A stretch of 64,000 bases of DNA, from NCBI GenBank assembly GCA_964016885.1, contig OZ024743.1:155868001-155932000 (forward strand), written 5' to 3'. Each line of letters starts with the position of its first letter. Position 1 is the first letter of the stretch. Below are positions 26,201 to 40,535 of this stretch, piece after piece. The stretch is from Eledone cirrhosa (lineage: Eukaryota). The position numbers were made by a program, and so were the translations under genes. The notes beneath the pieces were generated by a model, which did not search any database, was not told the origin of the DNA, and worked only from the letters and a program-made list of their open reading frames with translations.

Positions 26201-28264
26201 TCCATCACTTTCTCACTCTCCTTAGAGCTATCAATTTCGCTAAAACACTCACAGTGGTTAAGGATTTCGATGTTGATGTCATCCTCAATGCCCGTAAGTC
26301 TATGAGTAATTTCGACGAAACTATTGGGATTAAACAATCTAATAGTACCACATTCGACGTGAGTATGGGCGCTAGCGATTCTGCGGAGGTTACTGATCTT
26401 GTCGGCGTTTTCCTTCTTTTCTCTAAAAAGAAAGGATTCCCTAAACTGGGCGGTTGTTTATACCGTGATAACGGTCTTTTGACCGAGACAAAGTTCGGCC
26501 CGCGTGCTTGCAGCAGGTTCAGGAGAGAACTCACAGCCTTCTTTAAAAGCTTCAACCCCTCCATAAAGGTTGAGGCCAACCTCTCGGTCGTTAATTACCT
26601 CGACCTTGCACTACCTGTATAGAAAGCTGAATGATACGCTAATTACATAGGTAAGCATTCCTACCATCCTGCCAGCATAACTAAGAACCTGGTAAGAAAC
26701 GTTTCTTTGAGGCTTTCCCGTCTATCTACAAACGAGCATATTTTCACCGACCATTCCGCATGAAGCTCTTGCTCGGAGTAGATTTGTCGATAAGTAGCTT
26801 ATACAGTGTACGAGAATAGACCTGGGAAAAATAGATCCCGACGCATTATATGGTATAGCCCACGATATAATATGGAGGTGGCCACACCTTTAGCTAAGAT
26901 AGTTCTCTCCCTTATTATGAAGCATTTCTCCCCAGCACATAAATATAGTAACATTTTTAATAGAAATACCATTAAAATGTCTAACCTTGTACATAAAATC
27001 AGATATAAAATTTAGCTAAACTACCTAACTGTAGGAACACATGCAAGCCTGTATCTAGTACTAACTGTAACTGTAGGAATCGTGTTGACTGCCCCCTATC
27101 CGGGAAAAAAAGCCTCTCTAGTAACATTGTCTACAAATGTAAGGTTGAAACACCCACGTCCCGTAGTTCCTACATAGGGTTAACCGCCAATAGATTCAAG
27201 CAGCGTCTTTACATGCATACCCATTCTGTTCTTAACCCTTTAAGAAGGAATATGACGTCACATTCAGCTTATATCTGGAGTCTAACAGACAACCACACCC
27301 ATTACAAGTTACACTGGGAGATGCTAGCTTAGGCTGGATCGTATAACGGAAATAAAACTCATGTTTCCTCCGCGCCGCTGAGGCCCTGGAAACATTTTAC
27401 GCCAAAGACATCTTAAACAAAAAATCTGAGGCAATTCCTGCTTGTAAACATAAATTGCACAAAACTTACCTGTATTACAGCCACACATTATACCCTAACG
27501 TACAGTACGAACTATACGTAGATATTTTACATCTTGATGTGGTAGCTAAGTATATGTTATATTAATACTCTTACTTATTTGTATAGATAAATATATATAT
27601 CCTGTATCTTTTGTGAATGTACGTATATTTTCTCGTACGTATATTTGCTTGTATATGTTATTGTCGTATATATTATATATACTGGTACATGTGCATTTGG
27701 TTATGTGTATACGTGTGTTTGGCGTCTTTGTGAGTATGCGGGTTCGTACGTATGTAGGGTGTGTGTATATGTGTATTTTCTGTTTTGGTTGACTTACGTC
27801 CGCAAACATATGTGTATTTACAGTTGTGTGTGTGTGTGTGCGCGCGTCGTATACGTATTTATGTATATTTATATACGTTTATTTAATTATGTATACACGC
27901 ACACGTGTATATATATCTGTATTCTATTTATTTATTTGTATGTGTATTTGGTCTATACGTTCGTTTATGTGTGGTACAGGCGTTGCATAGGTTCTGTATG
28001 TGCGTGTGTGTGTGTGGATTTTTAGTACGTGCTTATATTTGCATACCCATGGGGAGTGTTTTCACGTATGCTTGTGTATGTACATATATGGATGCTTGCA
28101 TGTATATATTTAATTTCAATTCCCTCTGTATTTTATTTACTTTATTCTTAACTCTGAAGCCGAGAATCATTCGGTTTCCTAAATAGAATTTTAGTCTACG
28201 ACTTCAGTTATACCATTTACTTATTTTTTCTTCGCGTGTAATTGTTTTTACTGCACCAAATAAT

Positions 28265-28399
28265 TGTTTCTATTTTAGGCACGAGGCCAGCAATTATCCA
28301 GTACATTACTGGTACTTTATTTTATCAACCCCGTAAGGATGAAAGGCAAAATTAACCTCGGCGGGATTTGAACTCAGATCATAAAGGGACATAACTCTA
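28265..28399 (-). mobile_element. 5'-truncated tRNA-derived SINE inserted in one PLE arm
   Basis: B box and body present. TSD tgc(a/g)ccaaataat. Absent at the equivalent site in the other arm (~23420). Confidence 0.88.
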
Positions 28400-28544
28400 T
28401 GCGCCAAATAATGACGTATTATCTTCATTGTTTCCCTTCTTTGCCAGGGAACGTTTCCACGAGCCAAAGTTTCGTCTTCCTGTCTTCCTTCGATTGCAAC
28501 GTTTTTTGAAATATCTACTTCTGCGTTCACAGATTGTCTGTATT

Positions 28545-28595
28545 AGTTTCAGAAGATCCCGTTAGGGGTGAAAGTAGCGATTCTTTGCTTAAATT
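28545..28595 (+). ncRNA. Candidate non-canonical type I hammerhead (CAGAAGA core); minus-strand copies at 23230-23280, 30774-30824, 32779-32829 and 36551-36601
   Basis: Family consensus AGTTT-CAGAAGA-T-CCC-GTTAA-GGG-T-GAA-AGCAG-CGATTCT-TTGCT-T-AAACT. Sense to the PLE ORF and upstream of AATAAA. Confidence 0.55.
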
Positions 28596-28719
28596 TAATA
28601 TGTTATTATAATAAATATTTGCTCTAGGGTTCTTATATATCTGATATATATTTATTCTTATCGAGCCCTCTTTGGATTTTAGTTTTCAAATGTAGTAATA
28701 TTACTATATATATATATTA

Positions 28720-29000
28720 TCGTTTTCGGTACCCCGGCCGATTAACTCACTCGATATGCAAATTAGGCTGCTCAGCCGTGAATATGCATAAGGAAAGTAT
28801 ATACTTTCAGACGTTCAACCATCTGGCAGGAAGCTATACGTTGCTGACGATAGCTAATAAGCTTGAAACTTGTACAGTGTTCCTTTGTCAGTGTTGAACA
28901 AATGAACAACGATGGTTGCTAGACACTGTACGGCTTAAATCGGGATGTTTGTTTACAAACACACCGAGCATTAAAATAAATGTTCGGTGAATCCATACGC
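28720..29000 (+). mobile_element. Copy of the 410-bp HHR unit; hammerhead at 28841-28877
   Basis: TTG-CTGACGA-TAGCTAATAAGCTT-GAAAC-TT-GTA-CAG, with ATGCAAAT upstream. Confidence 0.8.
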
Positions 29001-29042
29001 ACATATATATATATATATATATGTGTGTGCATGTATGTATAT

Positions 29043-29277
<235 letters not shown>

Positions 29278-29962
29278 TAGAAATGTATTTAGTAAAGTTG
29301 ACCTCCCCATAACATCAGGAAAGCTCCAGTTTCCCTGCCAATTGAGGGGTAGAAATTCAAAGAGGCAAAACACAGAACGCCAATGGTGTTTCAAGTCTCA
29401 GATGATTTGATCGTCACTACAAGATCAGAACGCAAGTTGGAAAGTGGTGATTCTGCCAAATTAGCAAGAAGTAGCTGAAGCTACGGAACTTGATAGTTAT
29501 AACATGAACGTGAAGCAAATGACTTTAACATCCCATTTTCAACTATGGGAAAAACAGGCAGATACATAAACTTCATCATATATAAAGAGAGAGGAGAAGA
29601 AAGAGCTATATCTAGAGAGAGGGATGATAGAGTTACATCTTTACGTCGTGTCCTATCAATTTGAATTATCTCTTTATATATGATAAAGTTTATGTATTGG
29701 TCGTTTTGACTTTGCCTCTCATGTTTCTCTCTTATTTCTCTCTTGATTTTCACCTCCCCCTATATAATTATTATTAATGTTTATCCCTCTTTCTTTTCCT
29801 CCCATCTCTATCTCTCTCTGTCTGTTTTCTCTTCATCTCAATTTTTTCTTTCTTTCCGTCTCTTCTCTAACTGTGCTTAACACTATAACTAAATAATTAC
29901 CGTACCCCCTTACATCTCTCAATTTGTATGATGTATTATTATTATTCATCTGTTGCCTTCGG

Positions 29963-30151
29963 CAGGGCGGTGAATTGGCAGTATCGGTAGAGGGTTGGAC
30001 GCCATGCTTTGACGCATAGAGTTACGGCCCTTGCCATTCTGAGTTCAAATCCCGCCGAGGTTAACTTTGCCTTTCATCCTTATGGGGTCGATAAAATAAA
30101 GTACCAGTAATGTACTGGATAATTGCTGGCCTTGTGCCAAAAGTAGAAACA
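29963..30151 (+). mobile_element. tRNA-derived SINE, full length
   Basis: A and B boxes. 22-bp TSD attattcatctgttgccttcgg at 29941-29962 and 30152-30173. Confidence 0.93.
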
Positions 30152-30502
30152 ATTATTCATCTGTTGCCTTCGGTTGCCTCTCTTTTTTCACCTCCTCCCT
30201 ATTTCTCTCTCCCCTATCTCTCTCTATTTCTCTTTACATACATTTCTTCTTTTTTCTCCGTCTTTCTTTATAACTGTGCTTAACACTAAATATTTATAAA
30301 CACTTCAACACCAAACCAGCTTCCTACCTTAATGGTCGCTCATATTTATGGTACGTCAAAGTTATTTATAAAACTGTTTATATATTGTATTTTATCTGAC
30401 GAAGGCATAAATATAGTTTCCATTTGTTTAATATCGTATATATATATATAAAGAATGAATAATAACAGGTAGACATCATAAAAAGGTAATTTATTCCGTG
30501 TG

Positions 30503-30595
<93 letters not shown>

Positions 30596-30674
30596 TAAAC
30601 AATAATAACAACACAATCGGTACAGTATATGGAAGCAATATATATATGTATATATATATAATAGTAATAATAAT

Positions 30675-32489
30675 ACATTTGAAGACTAAAATTCAACGAG
30701 GGATCGATGCGGATAAATATATATCAAATATATAAGAACCGTAGGGCAAATATTTATTAAAATAACAGATTAAAGTTTAAGCAAAGAATCGCTGCTTTCA
30801 CTCCCAACGGGATCTTCTGAAACTAAAAAAAATCAATCTGTGAATGCAGAATTAAATATTTCGAAAAACGTTGCAATCGAAGGAAGACAGGAAGACGATA
30901 CTTTGGTTCGTGGAAACGTTCCCTGGCAATGAACGAAAACAAAAACGAAGATAATACGTCATATGTGGAGCGGTGAGAAGAATTACGCGCAACGACAAAA
31001 CCACGTTTATGGTATAACTGAAATCGTAGACTAACATTTTATTTAGGAAACCGAATGATTCTCGGCTTCAGAGTTAAGAATAATGTAAATAAATTACAGA
31101 GGTTATTGAAATCAACATTAATTAAATATATACATGCACGCATCCATAATCGTACATACACTCGCCATGGGTATGCAAATACAGGCACATACACGAAAAT
31201 CCGCGCACACATCAAAAACCCACGCAACGCCTGTACCCGCACACATACGAACGTATACACCAAATACACATAAAACATATATAAAGAAAACATATATATA
31301 TATATGAGTGTGTGTGTGTTTGTGTGTGTGCGTAGTGTTACCGATGCATTTACGATGTTATTTATGTATATATTTAAAACGTATTTGTTATGTTAATCTA
31401 CTGAACATTTATTTATATGCTCTGTTTATATTTTCATTTTGAAGGAACGTATCCACTTGTGTTGATATAAGTGATTTTATGACTTTCCTGTAAGCATTGT
31501 GTCATTATATACGTTATTATAAACGTGAATAAATTATATATATGTATATACATATACACACATAAATACGTATATAACGTGCGCACACACATACCTACAT
31601 GTAGATACACAAAATGTTCGCTAAACGTAGGTCAATCAAACCAGAAAGTACACATATATACACACACTACATACATGCAAACCTGCATACACGCACAAAC
31701 GCAAATCTCATATACACATGCACCAGTATATATAATATATACGTCTATAACAAATACAAGCAAATATACGTAGGAGAAAGTAGACGTACCTTCACAAAAC
31801 ATACAGGTAATATATACTTACCATTACAAATAAGTAATGGTATAAGCATAAAATATACTTAGCTACCACATCAAGACGTAAATTATCCGCGTATAGTTCG
31901 TACTATCCATTAGGGGATAATATGGAGCTGTAATACAGGAAAGTGTTGTTCAATGTATGTTTACAAGCCGAATTGATTCAGATTTTTGGTTTAAGATGTG
32001 GTCATTCACGTGGAGTATTTCCAGGGCTTCGGAGGTTGCAAGGTCTTTTATATCCGATGTACGATCTAGCCTTAGATAGGATCACCCAGTGTATACTATA
32101 TTGGGTGTGGTTGACTTTTAGACTCCAAATATAAGCTAAAAATAACGTCGTATTCCTTCTTAAAAGGTTAAGAACAAATGGATATGCATGTAAAGACGCT
32201 GCTTGAATCTATTGGCGATTAACTCTATGTAGGCCCTACAGGACGTGGATGTTTCAACCTTACATTTGTAGACAATGTTACTAGAGAGGCATTTCCGGGA
32301 TAGGGGGCAGTCAACACGATTCCTACAGTTAGTAGTAGCTACAGGGTCACGCGTGTTCCCACGTCTAGGTAATTCACCTAAATTGAAGCAGCGATGTTAT
32401 GTGCAAGGTTAGGAGTCGTAGAGTAAGATATTTTAATATGTATTTCAATTGGTATTCTTTGCTTAAACTTTAATCTGTTAATTTGATAA

Positions 32490-32490
<1 letters not shown>
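30675..32490 (-). mobile_element. 5'-truncated copy of the 23-28 kb Naiad-like family with a short inverted piece (32454-32490)
   Basis: pLTR plus degenerate GIY-YIG (31890-32440). Confidence 0.88.
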
Positions 32491-32570
<80 letters not shown>

Positions 32571-32623
32571 CATAGTTGTAGAACACTGGAAGGTAATATC
32601 CGTAGTGGTAGAGCACTCAGTCC

Positions 32624-32660
<37 letters not shown>

Positions 32661-32674
32661 TATATAGAGTAATA

Positions 32675-33180
32675 AAAATAAATTTGAAGACTAAAATGCA
32701 GATAGGGCTCGATAAGGATAAATATAAATTAAATATATAAGAGCCCTACAGCAAATACTTGTTAAAATAACAGATTAAGGTTTAAGCAAGGAATCGCTGC
32801 TTTCACCACTCATGGGATCTTCTGAAACTAAAAAAAATCAGTCTGTGAACGCAGAAGTAAATATTTCGAAAAAGGTTGCAACCGAAGGGAAAAAGGAAGA
32901 CGATACTTTGTTTCGGGGAGCCGTTCCCTGGCAATGAACGAAAAAAAGCGAAGATAATAAGTCATTATTTAGAGCGATGAGAACAATTACGCGCAAAGAC
33001 AAAACCACCTTTATGGTATAAATGAAGTCGTAGACTAATATTCTATTTAGGTGGTTCGTGGAGACGTTCCCTGGCAAATAACGGAAAAAAACGAAGATAA
33101 TACGTCATTATGTGTAGCGGTGATAACAATTACGTGCAAAGATAAAACCAGGTTAATGGTATAAATGAAGTCGTAGACTA
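32675..33180 (-). mobile_element. pLTR-only copy of the same family
   Basis: Matches 30675-31040 and 23205-23630, including the internal ~120-bp tandem duplication. Confidence 0.85.
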
Positions 33181-34913
33181 TATAAATATATATACAAAAT
33201 CAGAAAATACCATAAATAATTGGTAGTTTACATATTGTGCAAAAGTCTGATATTTCGCATCAAAATTCCATTATTGATAACACTAATAAAACCAGTTCCA
33301 TCATAAAAGTTGGACATACGTCACAATCTCTCGTAACTACAACACATGTTCTAAGACATACGACATACTCTAGTTATTAATATTCCAATAATAATAAATA
33401 TGAATAAAATACATTAACATCTCCGTAAATATTGGCAGAGTCCATCTTTATTTTCACTGTAAAATAAAGGAGCTTATAATATTAAACACGACTAACATTT
33501 ACTCAGGTTGCAAACATTATATTGCGTGCATTTCTGATAATACTATAACATTATACTATAATATTATTTATGTGAATGTTATATCACTTTGTATACTATC
33601 GCATGGTTTCCATGATCAATGACAGAAACAAAATTAATGTTTGAGAAAATCTTGATATGTCATTTTTATTGTTATTTCTATTTTATTTTATATTGTAGTA
33701 TATATCAAACTAAACACTTTTTTTCCGATTGATTGAAAGTGTGTTTATATAGTTACTTCCCATGGTAATGAAACAAATATCTAAAACACAATCCAAAATA
33801 TACTATGCATTATTAAATACAAAACAATAATTTCAAATGTATTCAATTCCCAACAGGTATGTACATTTTCTTATTAATTCCTTTTTTGTGAAATTGTAAT
33901 TATGTATGAAACGCAATTGTAAAATGTTTGTTCTCAATTTTAATTCGAGATTGCCATTATTATTTTTGTTATATTGATTGTATGTAGAAAATTATATATT
34001 TCCCAAAAAACTGAATCTTTGTTATAATTGTTATTCTGAAGCGAAGGAATTTCACATCACTTACATATTTAATGAAAATGTGAGAAATCATTGAAATAAG
34101 ATTGTTCGTGTAGTGCTTCAAGGTGACAAAGATCTGGAAACTTGTTATTCTCCTAAGATAGAAACATTGACTTATTCATGTTTTTTATACTGAGAAATAG
34201 TTCACACTTTCTAAAACAGTTGTTTAATCACGCTGTCCATATTAAAGAATGCTGGAACAATGTATTTTGTGTCATTGTTGTCTTATTCTGCTTCAGGTTC
34301 ATTATGATTGATGCGAGTAATAGTGGCCTGATTAGTTAACTTCACAAATGTGCATTGCACTGTCCCCTAAAGGTAACCACATAATATGGAGAATAATATA
34401 GTTTCTGTCAAATTACGTATAGATATAGAGAAATATATTTTCTATAATATTCTATATTTTTATAGACAGAGCCTTTTAGAAATGAAATTTCTGAGATAGA
34501 AACGTGGCCATGATCATTCAACCAAAACTAATAAAAACTATATAATATTGCAGGATTCGAATTTTAAATTGTTGATAAAAGCAGACGTTAAAGGACCACC
34601 CCTTTAGAATTTATAAACACCCTAAAGTTAAGAAATGTCCTGTACACCCCCTATACATATATATATATATACAATATATTAATAAATGGAAACTATATTT
34701 ATAAAAACATATTTATTTTTTTATATACATTTGAAGGGCGACCAAATTAAATTATGGTGCGCTCTCATCACATAAAATACAGATTTGTTTAATTAAATAT
34801 TTACATACCCGGAAAAAAGACAACCTCAACGGTTGAAATTCGCTGGATAGTGCTTTATATCAGTTATAAAAATGTTTAAGCTTGTTCAATCCAAACAAAT
34901 TAAATATAACCTC

Positions 34914-35080
<167 letters not shown>

Positions 35081-35109
35081 AGTGGGGGGCGTATGTGTGT
35101 AAACAAATG

Positions 35110-35275
35110 ATTAACACGGATAACCGTTATAATAGAATTTTATTCCAGGCATCAACATATATTTCACCATTAAATAAGCAATCGATTATTTCAAGACATA
35201 ATTGATTGCTTATTAAGCGATGAAACATGTTAATGCCGGGAATAAAACCATGTTATATTGCTTATCCCTGTTATT
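35110..35275. repeat. Diverged palindrome (~75-bp arms)
   Basis: ttttattccaggcatcaacat...aataagcaatcgattat / ataattgattgcttatt...atgttaatgccgggaataaaa. Confidence 0.75.
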
Positions 35276-35508
35276 CAGCCTTTTAACTGTTATTAATGCT
35301 CCAAGAACTAATCTCTAGTCATAGAACTTTCAGGAATCTAATCTTCGAAAGAAGTAACTAAGTAAGTATTTCGTTTAGTCAAATAACACTGCACGCTGAA
35401 ATATTCCTCGGTACAAACTACTCGTAACCAGACCTTAGGTAACCTTAAACGATATCTCGTTTATTTTGAGATAAATATATGTATGTATATATATATATAT
35501 AAATACAA

Positions 35509-35556
<48 letters not shown>

Positions 35557-35559
<3 letters not shown>

Positions 35560-35744
35560 AACTAGTAAGACCCCGACGGCTGAGCTCAAGCCGTTTCGAC
35601 GGCTAATTCCAGAATTAGCCGTCCAAACGGCTTGAGCTCAGCCGTCGGGGTCTTACTAGTTTCTATTACCCACTCTACTACCCCAAGTATTGAGTAGTTT
35701 GGTGCGTTATGGTCCACCTGATTCCTTACCACATTTCCTTCGTT
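35557..35744 (+). mobile_element. Short fold-back element with a hammerhead 3' half
   Basis: Palindromic head 35557-35665 centred on gacggctaattc-cag-aattagccgtc. Sits in a TA tract. Confidence 0.85.
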
Positions 35745-36254
35745 ATATATATATATATATAATTGTAACCCTTCTGTTGAGAACTCTATTCGATTTGTGA
35801 TGTTTTTGCATTCTTGTAAAGATATACACAACTGAATTTATTCGCCTGATATAGGGGCAGCCTCCCTTGCCGATCCCCACGTGGAGTCCACAATAGTCAA
35901 TACTTGTATTAACATTGAACTAAAACCTGTTGAGAAAGTGGCTTCCTTGTTCAATCATCTTACCAGAAGCCTGACATTATTTATGTTAGCGGACGGTACT
36001 TGATTTAGGAGCCGCAGAATTCCAAATACTGGATTTTACCAACCTTCCAGGGGTCCGGGTAAATTTTCAATACCCGAATTACTTCATCGTTTTTTCTTGG
36101 CTATGCGAATGATTGTTTGACCTTCGTATCAGTGTGTTTGGTGTTTAACGTTTGTTATAGCTCATGCTTATCTGAACCATTGAGCACTTGCCTCACATCT
36201 CGGAGGTTGCTTTTCGTTATTTCGTGGGCCGAGATGCGAATCTCGATAATTTAT

Positions 36255-36362
<108 letters not shown>

Positions 36363-36471
36363 GTGGTTACACAACAGTTAGTTCACCATAAGGAGAACAA
36401 TTGTTTCACCTTGCAGTCCCTTCGCTCGCAATGGACATGGTTATACGTAACAGGAAGGACACACACACACT

Positions 36472-36529
<58 letters not shown>

Positions 36530-36534
<5 letters not shown>

Positions 36535-37938
36535 TAAAATAACAGATTAAAGTTTAAGCAAAGAATCGCTGCTTTCACCCTTAACGGGATCTTATGAAAC
36601 TAACAAAGTCAATCTGTAAACGCAGAACTGGATATTTCAAAAAACGTTGCAACCGGAGGAAGACAGGAAGACGATACTTTAGTTCGTGGAAACGTTCGCT
36701 GGCAAAGAACGGGAAAAAACGAATATAATACGTCATTAATAGGAGCGGTGAAAAACAATTACGCGCAAAGACAGAACCACGCTTATGGTATAAAAGAGGT
36801 CGTAGACTAATGTTCTCTTAGGTGGTGCATAGAGATGTTCTCTGGCAATGAACGAAAAAAACGAAGATAATACGTCATATGTGGAGCGTGAAGAACAAGA
36901 GCAGGCAAAGACAAAACCACGTAAATGGTAAAACAGAAGTCGTAGACTAAAAATCTAACTATGAGACCGAATGAATCTCCGCTACAGAGTTAAGAACAAA
37001 GTAAATAAATACAATACAGAAGTAATAGAAATAAATAAATACATACACGCAAAAAAATACGTACATACACAAGCATACGCAAAAACTTACCATAGGTATA
37101 CAAAACCACGCACATATAAATATGTGTGTGTGTGTATGGGTGTATACAAATAAATAAATAATTATATAAACGTATATAAATAAATAAATACGTATATAAC
37201 ATGCGCACACACATACCTACATGTAAATACACGAATGTTCGAAGACGTATGTCAACCAAAACATGAAGTACACATATACACACACCCTACATACGTACGA
37301 ACCTGCATACTCAAACATACGCAAAACTCACGTATACACCTAGCCAAACCATATGTACCGGAATATATAAAAATTATACGCCATAACAATCAAGTATACG
37401 TACGAGAAGGTATACGTACCTTCACAAAACATACGGGTAATATATACTTACCTATGCAAATAAGTAAAGGAATAAACAAAACATATACTTAGCTCCCACA
37501 CCAAGACGTAAAATATCCACGAAATAGATCCTACTATCCGTTAGGGTATAACGTGGGGCTGTAATACAGGAAAGTGTTGTGCAATTTATGTTTACAAGCC
37601 GAAATTGCCTCCGATTTGTTGTTTAAGACGTTGTCTGTGGCGTAGAGTATTTCCAGGGCCTCAGCGGTGCAGAGGTCACATGGTCTTTTATTTCCGTTAT
37701 ACGATCTAGCCCTAGCTAGGATCTCCCAGTGTAACTTATATTGGGTGTGGTTGTCTTTTAGACTCCAGATATAAGCTGAAAGTGACGTCATACTCCTCCG
37801 TAGAGGGTAACGAAAGAAATGGGTATGCATGTAAAGTCGCTGCTTGAATCTATTGGCGGTTAACCCTATGTTGGCCCTACGGGACGTGGGTGTTACAACC
37901 TTACATGTGTAGACAATGTTACTAGAGAGGCATTTCCA
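36530..37938 (-). mobile_element. 5'-truncated copy of the 23-28 kb Naiad-like family
   Basis: GIY-YIG KCLSSNIVYTC...IGLTANRFKQRLYMH...CDLC...SACKHKL plus pLTR. Confidence 0.9.
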
Positions 37939-37959
37939 AATATATATACATATATATAT

Positions 37960-40352
37960 ATATTTGGATAACCAGACATGTCGCTTGACTGTCAATTTAA
38001 AGTATTGAACAAGCATAGCTGTTGAGCTACCCACAAAACTGAATTGTTTAGAGCTTGTGTAGGGCCAGACACACTTTTTGGAAATGTTGATAACAAAGAA
38101 TTGGTGCAGAAGAATGCCACGAACGCAGAGAACAACATACTTCGAAGGCTGTTGATACTCATAAGTTATTTCACCCTTTTAAACGAGTTTTTTTCGTCCA
38201 AGAGGAAGTCCAAAAATCCCCCTCATCACCAAGCAAGCTTGGCCGGGTGGCTGCTTTAGTCGCCGACGAATCTAACATGAAACAAGTTGTATCGGGATAC
38301 ATGTTGCCAGCTTCATATATATATATACTTGACAGCTCGCTCTTGAGTGAAGCTGGCAACATGTAACCCGATACAACTTGTTTCATGTTAGATTCGTCGG
38401 CGACTAAAGCAGCCACCCCGCCAAGGGTGATTTTTGGACTCCCTCTTAGACGAAAGAAACTCGTTTAAAAGGGTGAAATAACTTATGAGAATCAACAGCC
38501 TTCGACGTATGTTGTTCTCTGCGTTCGTGGCATTCTTCTGCACCAATTGTTTGTTATCAACATTTCCAAAAAGTGTGTCTGGCCCTACACAAGCTCTAAA
38601 CAATTCAGTTTTGTGGATAGCTCAACAGTTATGCTTATTCAGTACTTTAACTTGACAGTCAACCGACATGTCTGGTTATCCAAATATTCGGTCAAAACAA
38701 AAGGAAAATAAAACGTTTAACTTTTGGTTCTTGGAATGTTAGAACACGTCAAGGCAGTAACTCCAACTTGGGACGAAATGTAGACCTTCAGCTAAAGACT
38801 TGAAATAATACCATTTACTTGTCCACTCCCCTCCTCATGTTTGCTCTCTTATCATCCGGATATGTGTTAGTGAAATGACATTCTAATATTGCATAACGTC
38901 CTTGGATCTAAAGGAGTCGGAGCTATGAACTCCAGTGTACTTAGGCTGTTCTCCCGCTATAAAGAATTTGATATCAGCAACACCAACACCTTCTTTCAAC
39001 AACGTGAAAACTATAAAACAACATGGATGCATCTTAGATGCAAGGACTGGCATATAATTGACTATGTCAACACCCGTAGCCGTCACGTAAAAGACTTTAA
39101 CATTACTCGTAATTTTCACACATCTTGTTATCTCTCGGATCATGCACTGCTGTGCAGTAAGGTTTCATTCAATCTCCCAAACACAAAGCGTTTTTAGAGG
39201 CCACCTATCCCACACAAGATTGATGTTGACAAGATACGATCAGTTGCTGAGAGGCTGAAACTTTCTGCGAAGGTTTACTCATTCTTCGCCTAGATTTCTG
39301 ATAACATTGAAGCTTCCTGGAAAGCACTCAAAGATGCCACCTAAGCAGTCTATGTGGAAAACCTAGGATTTCCTATGAGAAAACCTCAGAACTGGCTTGA
39401 TGAAGGCAACTCGGATTTCAAGAACCTTATCAACAAAATTCATATCATACACAGGATTAGGATTGGAGATAAAAATTCAGCAACAAAAAGGATAGCCTAC
39501 AAATATTTCAAGCAGCAGGTACAGTCCTCATTTAGAAAGATGAGGGTTGCTTGGTTGATGGCTAAAGCGGCCGAACGACAAGGTTCATCTTGGCAGCAAG
39601 GTGAACCACACCGAATCACTGGATGATAACATTGTAAATTGCATTTCCAAGGCAACTTATGCTTTTGACAAACATCATCTCCGCCATATAGAGTGTCAGA
39701 GGTATATCCGTGAAAACAAAGTTGCAGGTCATCGTGTAGTGGTACTGACAACAATTTTATAAGGCCAAGAGTCATGGAAAATTTACCGCACTAACATATA
39801 TAAGCTTGATGTCATCCACAAACTCTGACGTCGCATTTTCTGACAGTGTCTCTAATGCTGAACTATTCACAAGGTGCAACATTGGTGGGAATGAATCGTT
39901 TCTGATGAAAGCCCAACTCAGATGGGATGGACATGTCATACGGATAGGACCGCACACATAAGGTACTGTTATACAGTCAGCTCCGGGACGGTGCGCATAT
40001 TGTGGGCCGGCCACTACTCCAATATAAGGACAAACTGAAGTACAACTGTAAATCTATCAACGTAGTTCTTTCTTCTTTTGAAGCCATGACTGCCAACCGT
40101 AAAAGATGGAGAACCGTCTAAAACGAAGGTATAACGAACTTTGAGAAATCTCGTTTTGCCCACCTCTGTGTGATAACATCTATCACTAGTGTCCGGTGAG
40201 GCATTCAAGTCTGCTCTGTTCAAGATCCTGTCACCTGCACTAAATTTGGATTGAAGCAGCTGGATTGAAGAGCCATTTGAGGCATAAACATAAAACAATA
40301 AACTGAAAAGAGCGTTGAACCCTTATACGTCGAATCGACGGGAAAGATCATT
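37960..40352 (+). mobile_element. RTE-clade LINE remnant (RT core deleted) with an inverted duplication of its 5' region
   Basis: APE motifs LTFGSWNVRT, NTFFQQRENYKTTWMH...WHIIDYV and SDHALL. C-terminal QLRWDGHVIR and QYKDKLK. Arms 37960-38315 / 38348-38687. Confidence 0.87.
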
Positions 40353-40353
40353 T

Positions 40354-40390
<37 letters not shown>

Positions 40391-40447
40391 ATGCATATAT
40401 TTATATATCTGTGTATGTGTGTGTGTGTATGTGTGCGTGTGTGTGTA

Positions 40448-40535
<88 letters not shown>

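Larger units (their letters stand above)
23205..28700. mobile_element. Naiad-like PLE: near full-length plus copy (25445-28700) with a long inverted 3' copy (23205-25440, minus)
   Basis: STKNIALSSRKTYLKLLIQKTDAFIKRFRWRAF, HSDKTGNLY, TLKDHKSNF, FDVSMGASDSAEVTDLVG, YRD(D/N)GL, and GIY-YIG CNCRNPVDCPLSGKCLSSNIVYKC..YIGLTANRFK. Confidence 0.92.

Noticed and set aside
29963-30060. tRNA gene
   Set aside because: A and B boxes are present, but it is a SINE head with body, tail, TSD and multiple copies.
34280-34380. Possible host exons (AG...GT here; also ~2083, ~19170-19238, ~41557)
   Set aside because: They are short or stop-containing, with no recognisable protein or consistent exon chain. A UTR or lncRNA exon cannot be excluded without RNA data.
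38330-38420. HDV-like ribozyme at the RTE 5' end
   Set aside because: Only a simple hairpin (gacagct...agctggc) is present, with too little sequence for the nested P2/P3.
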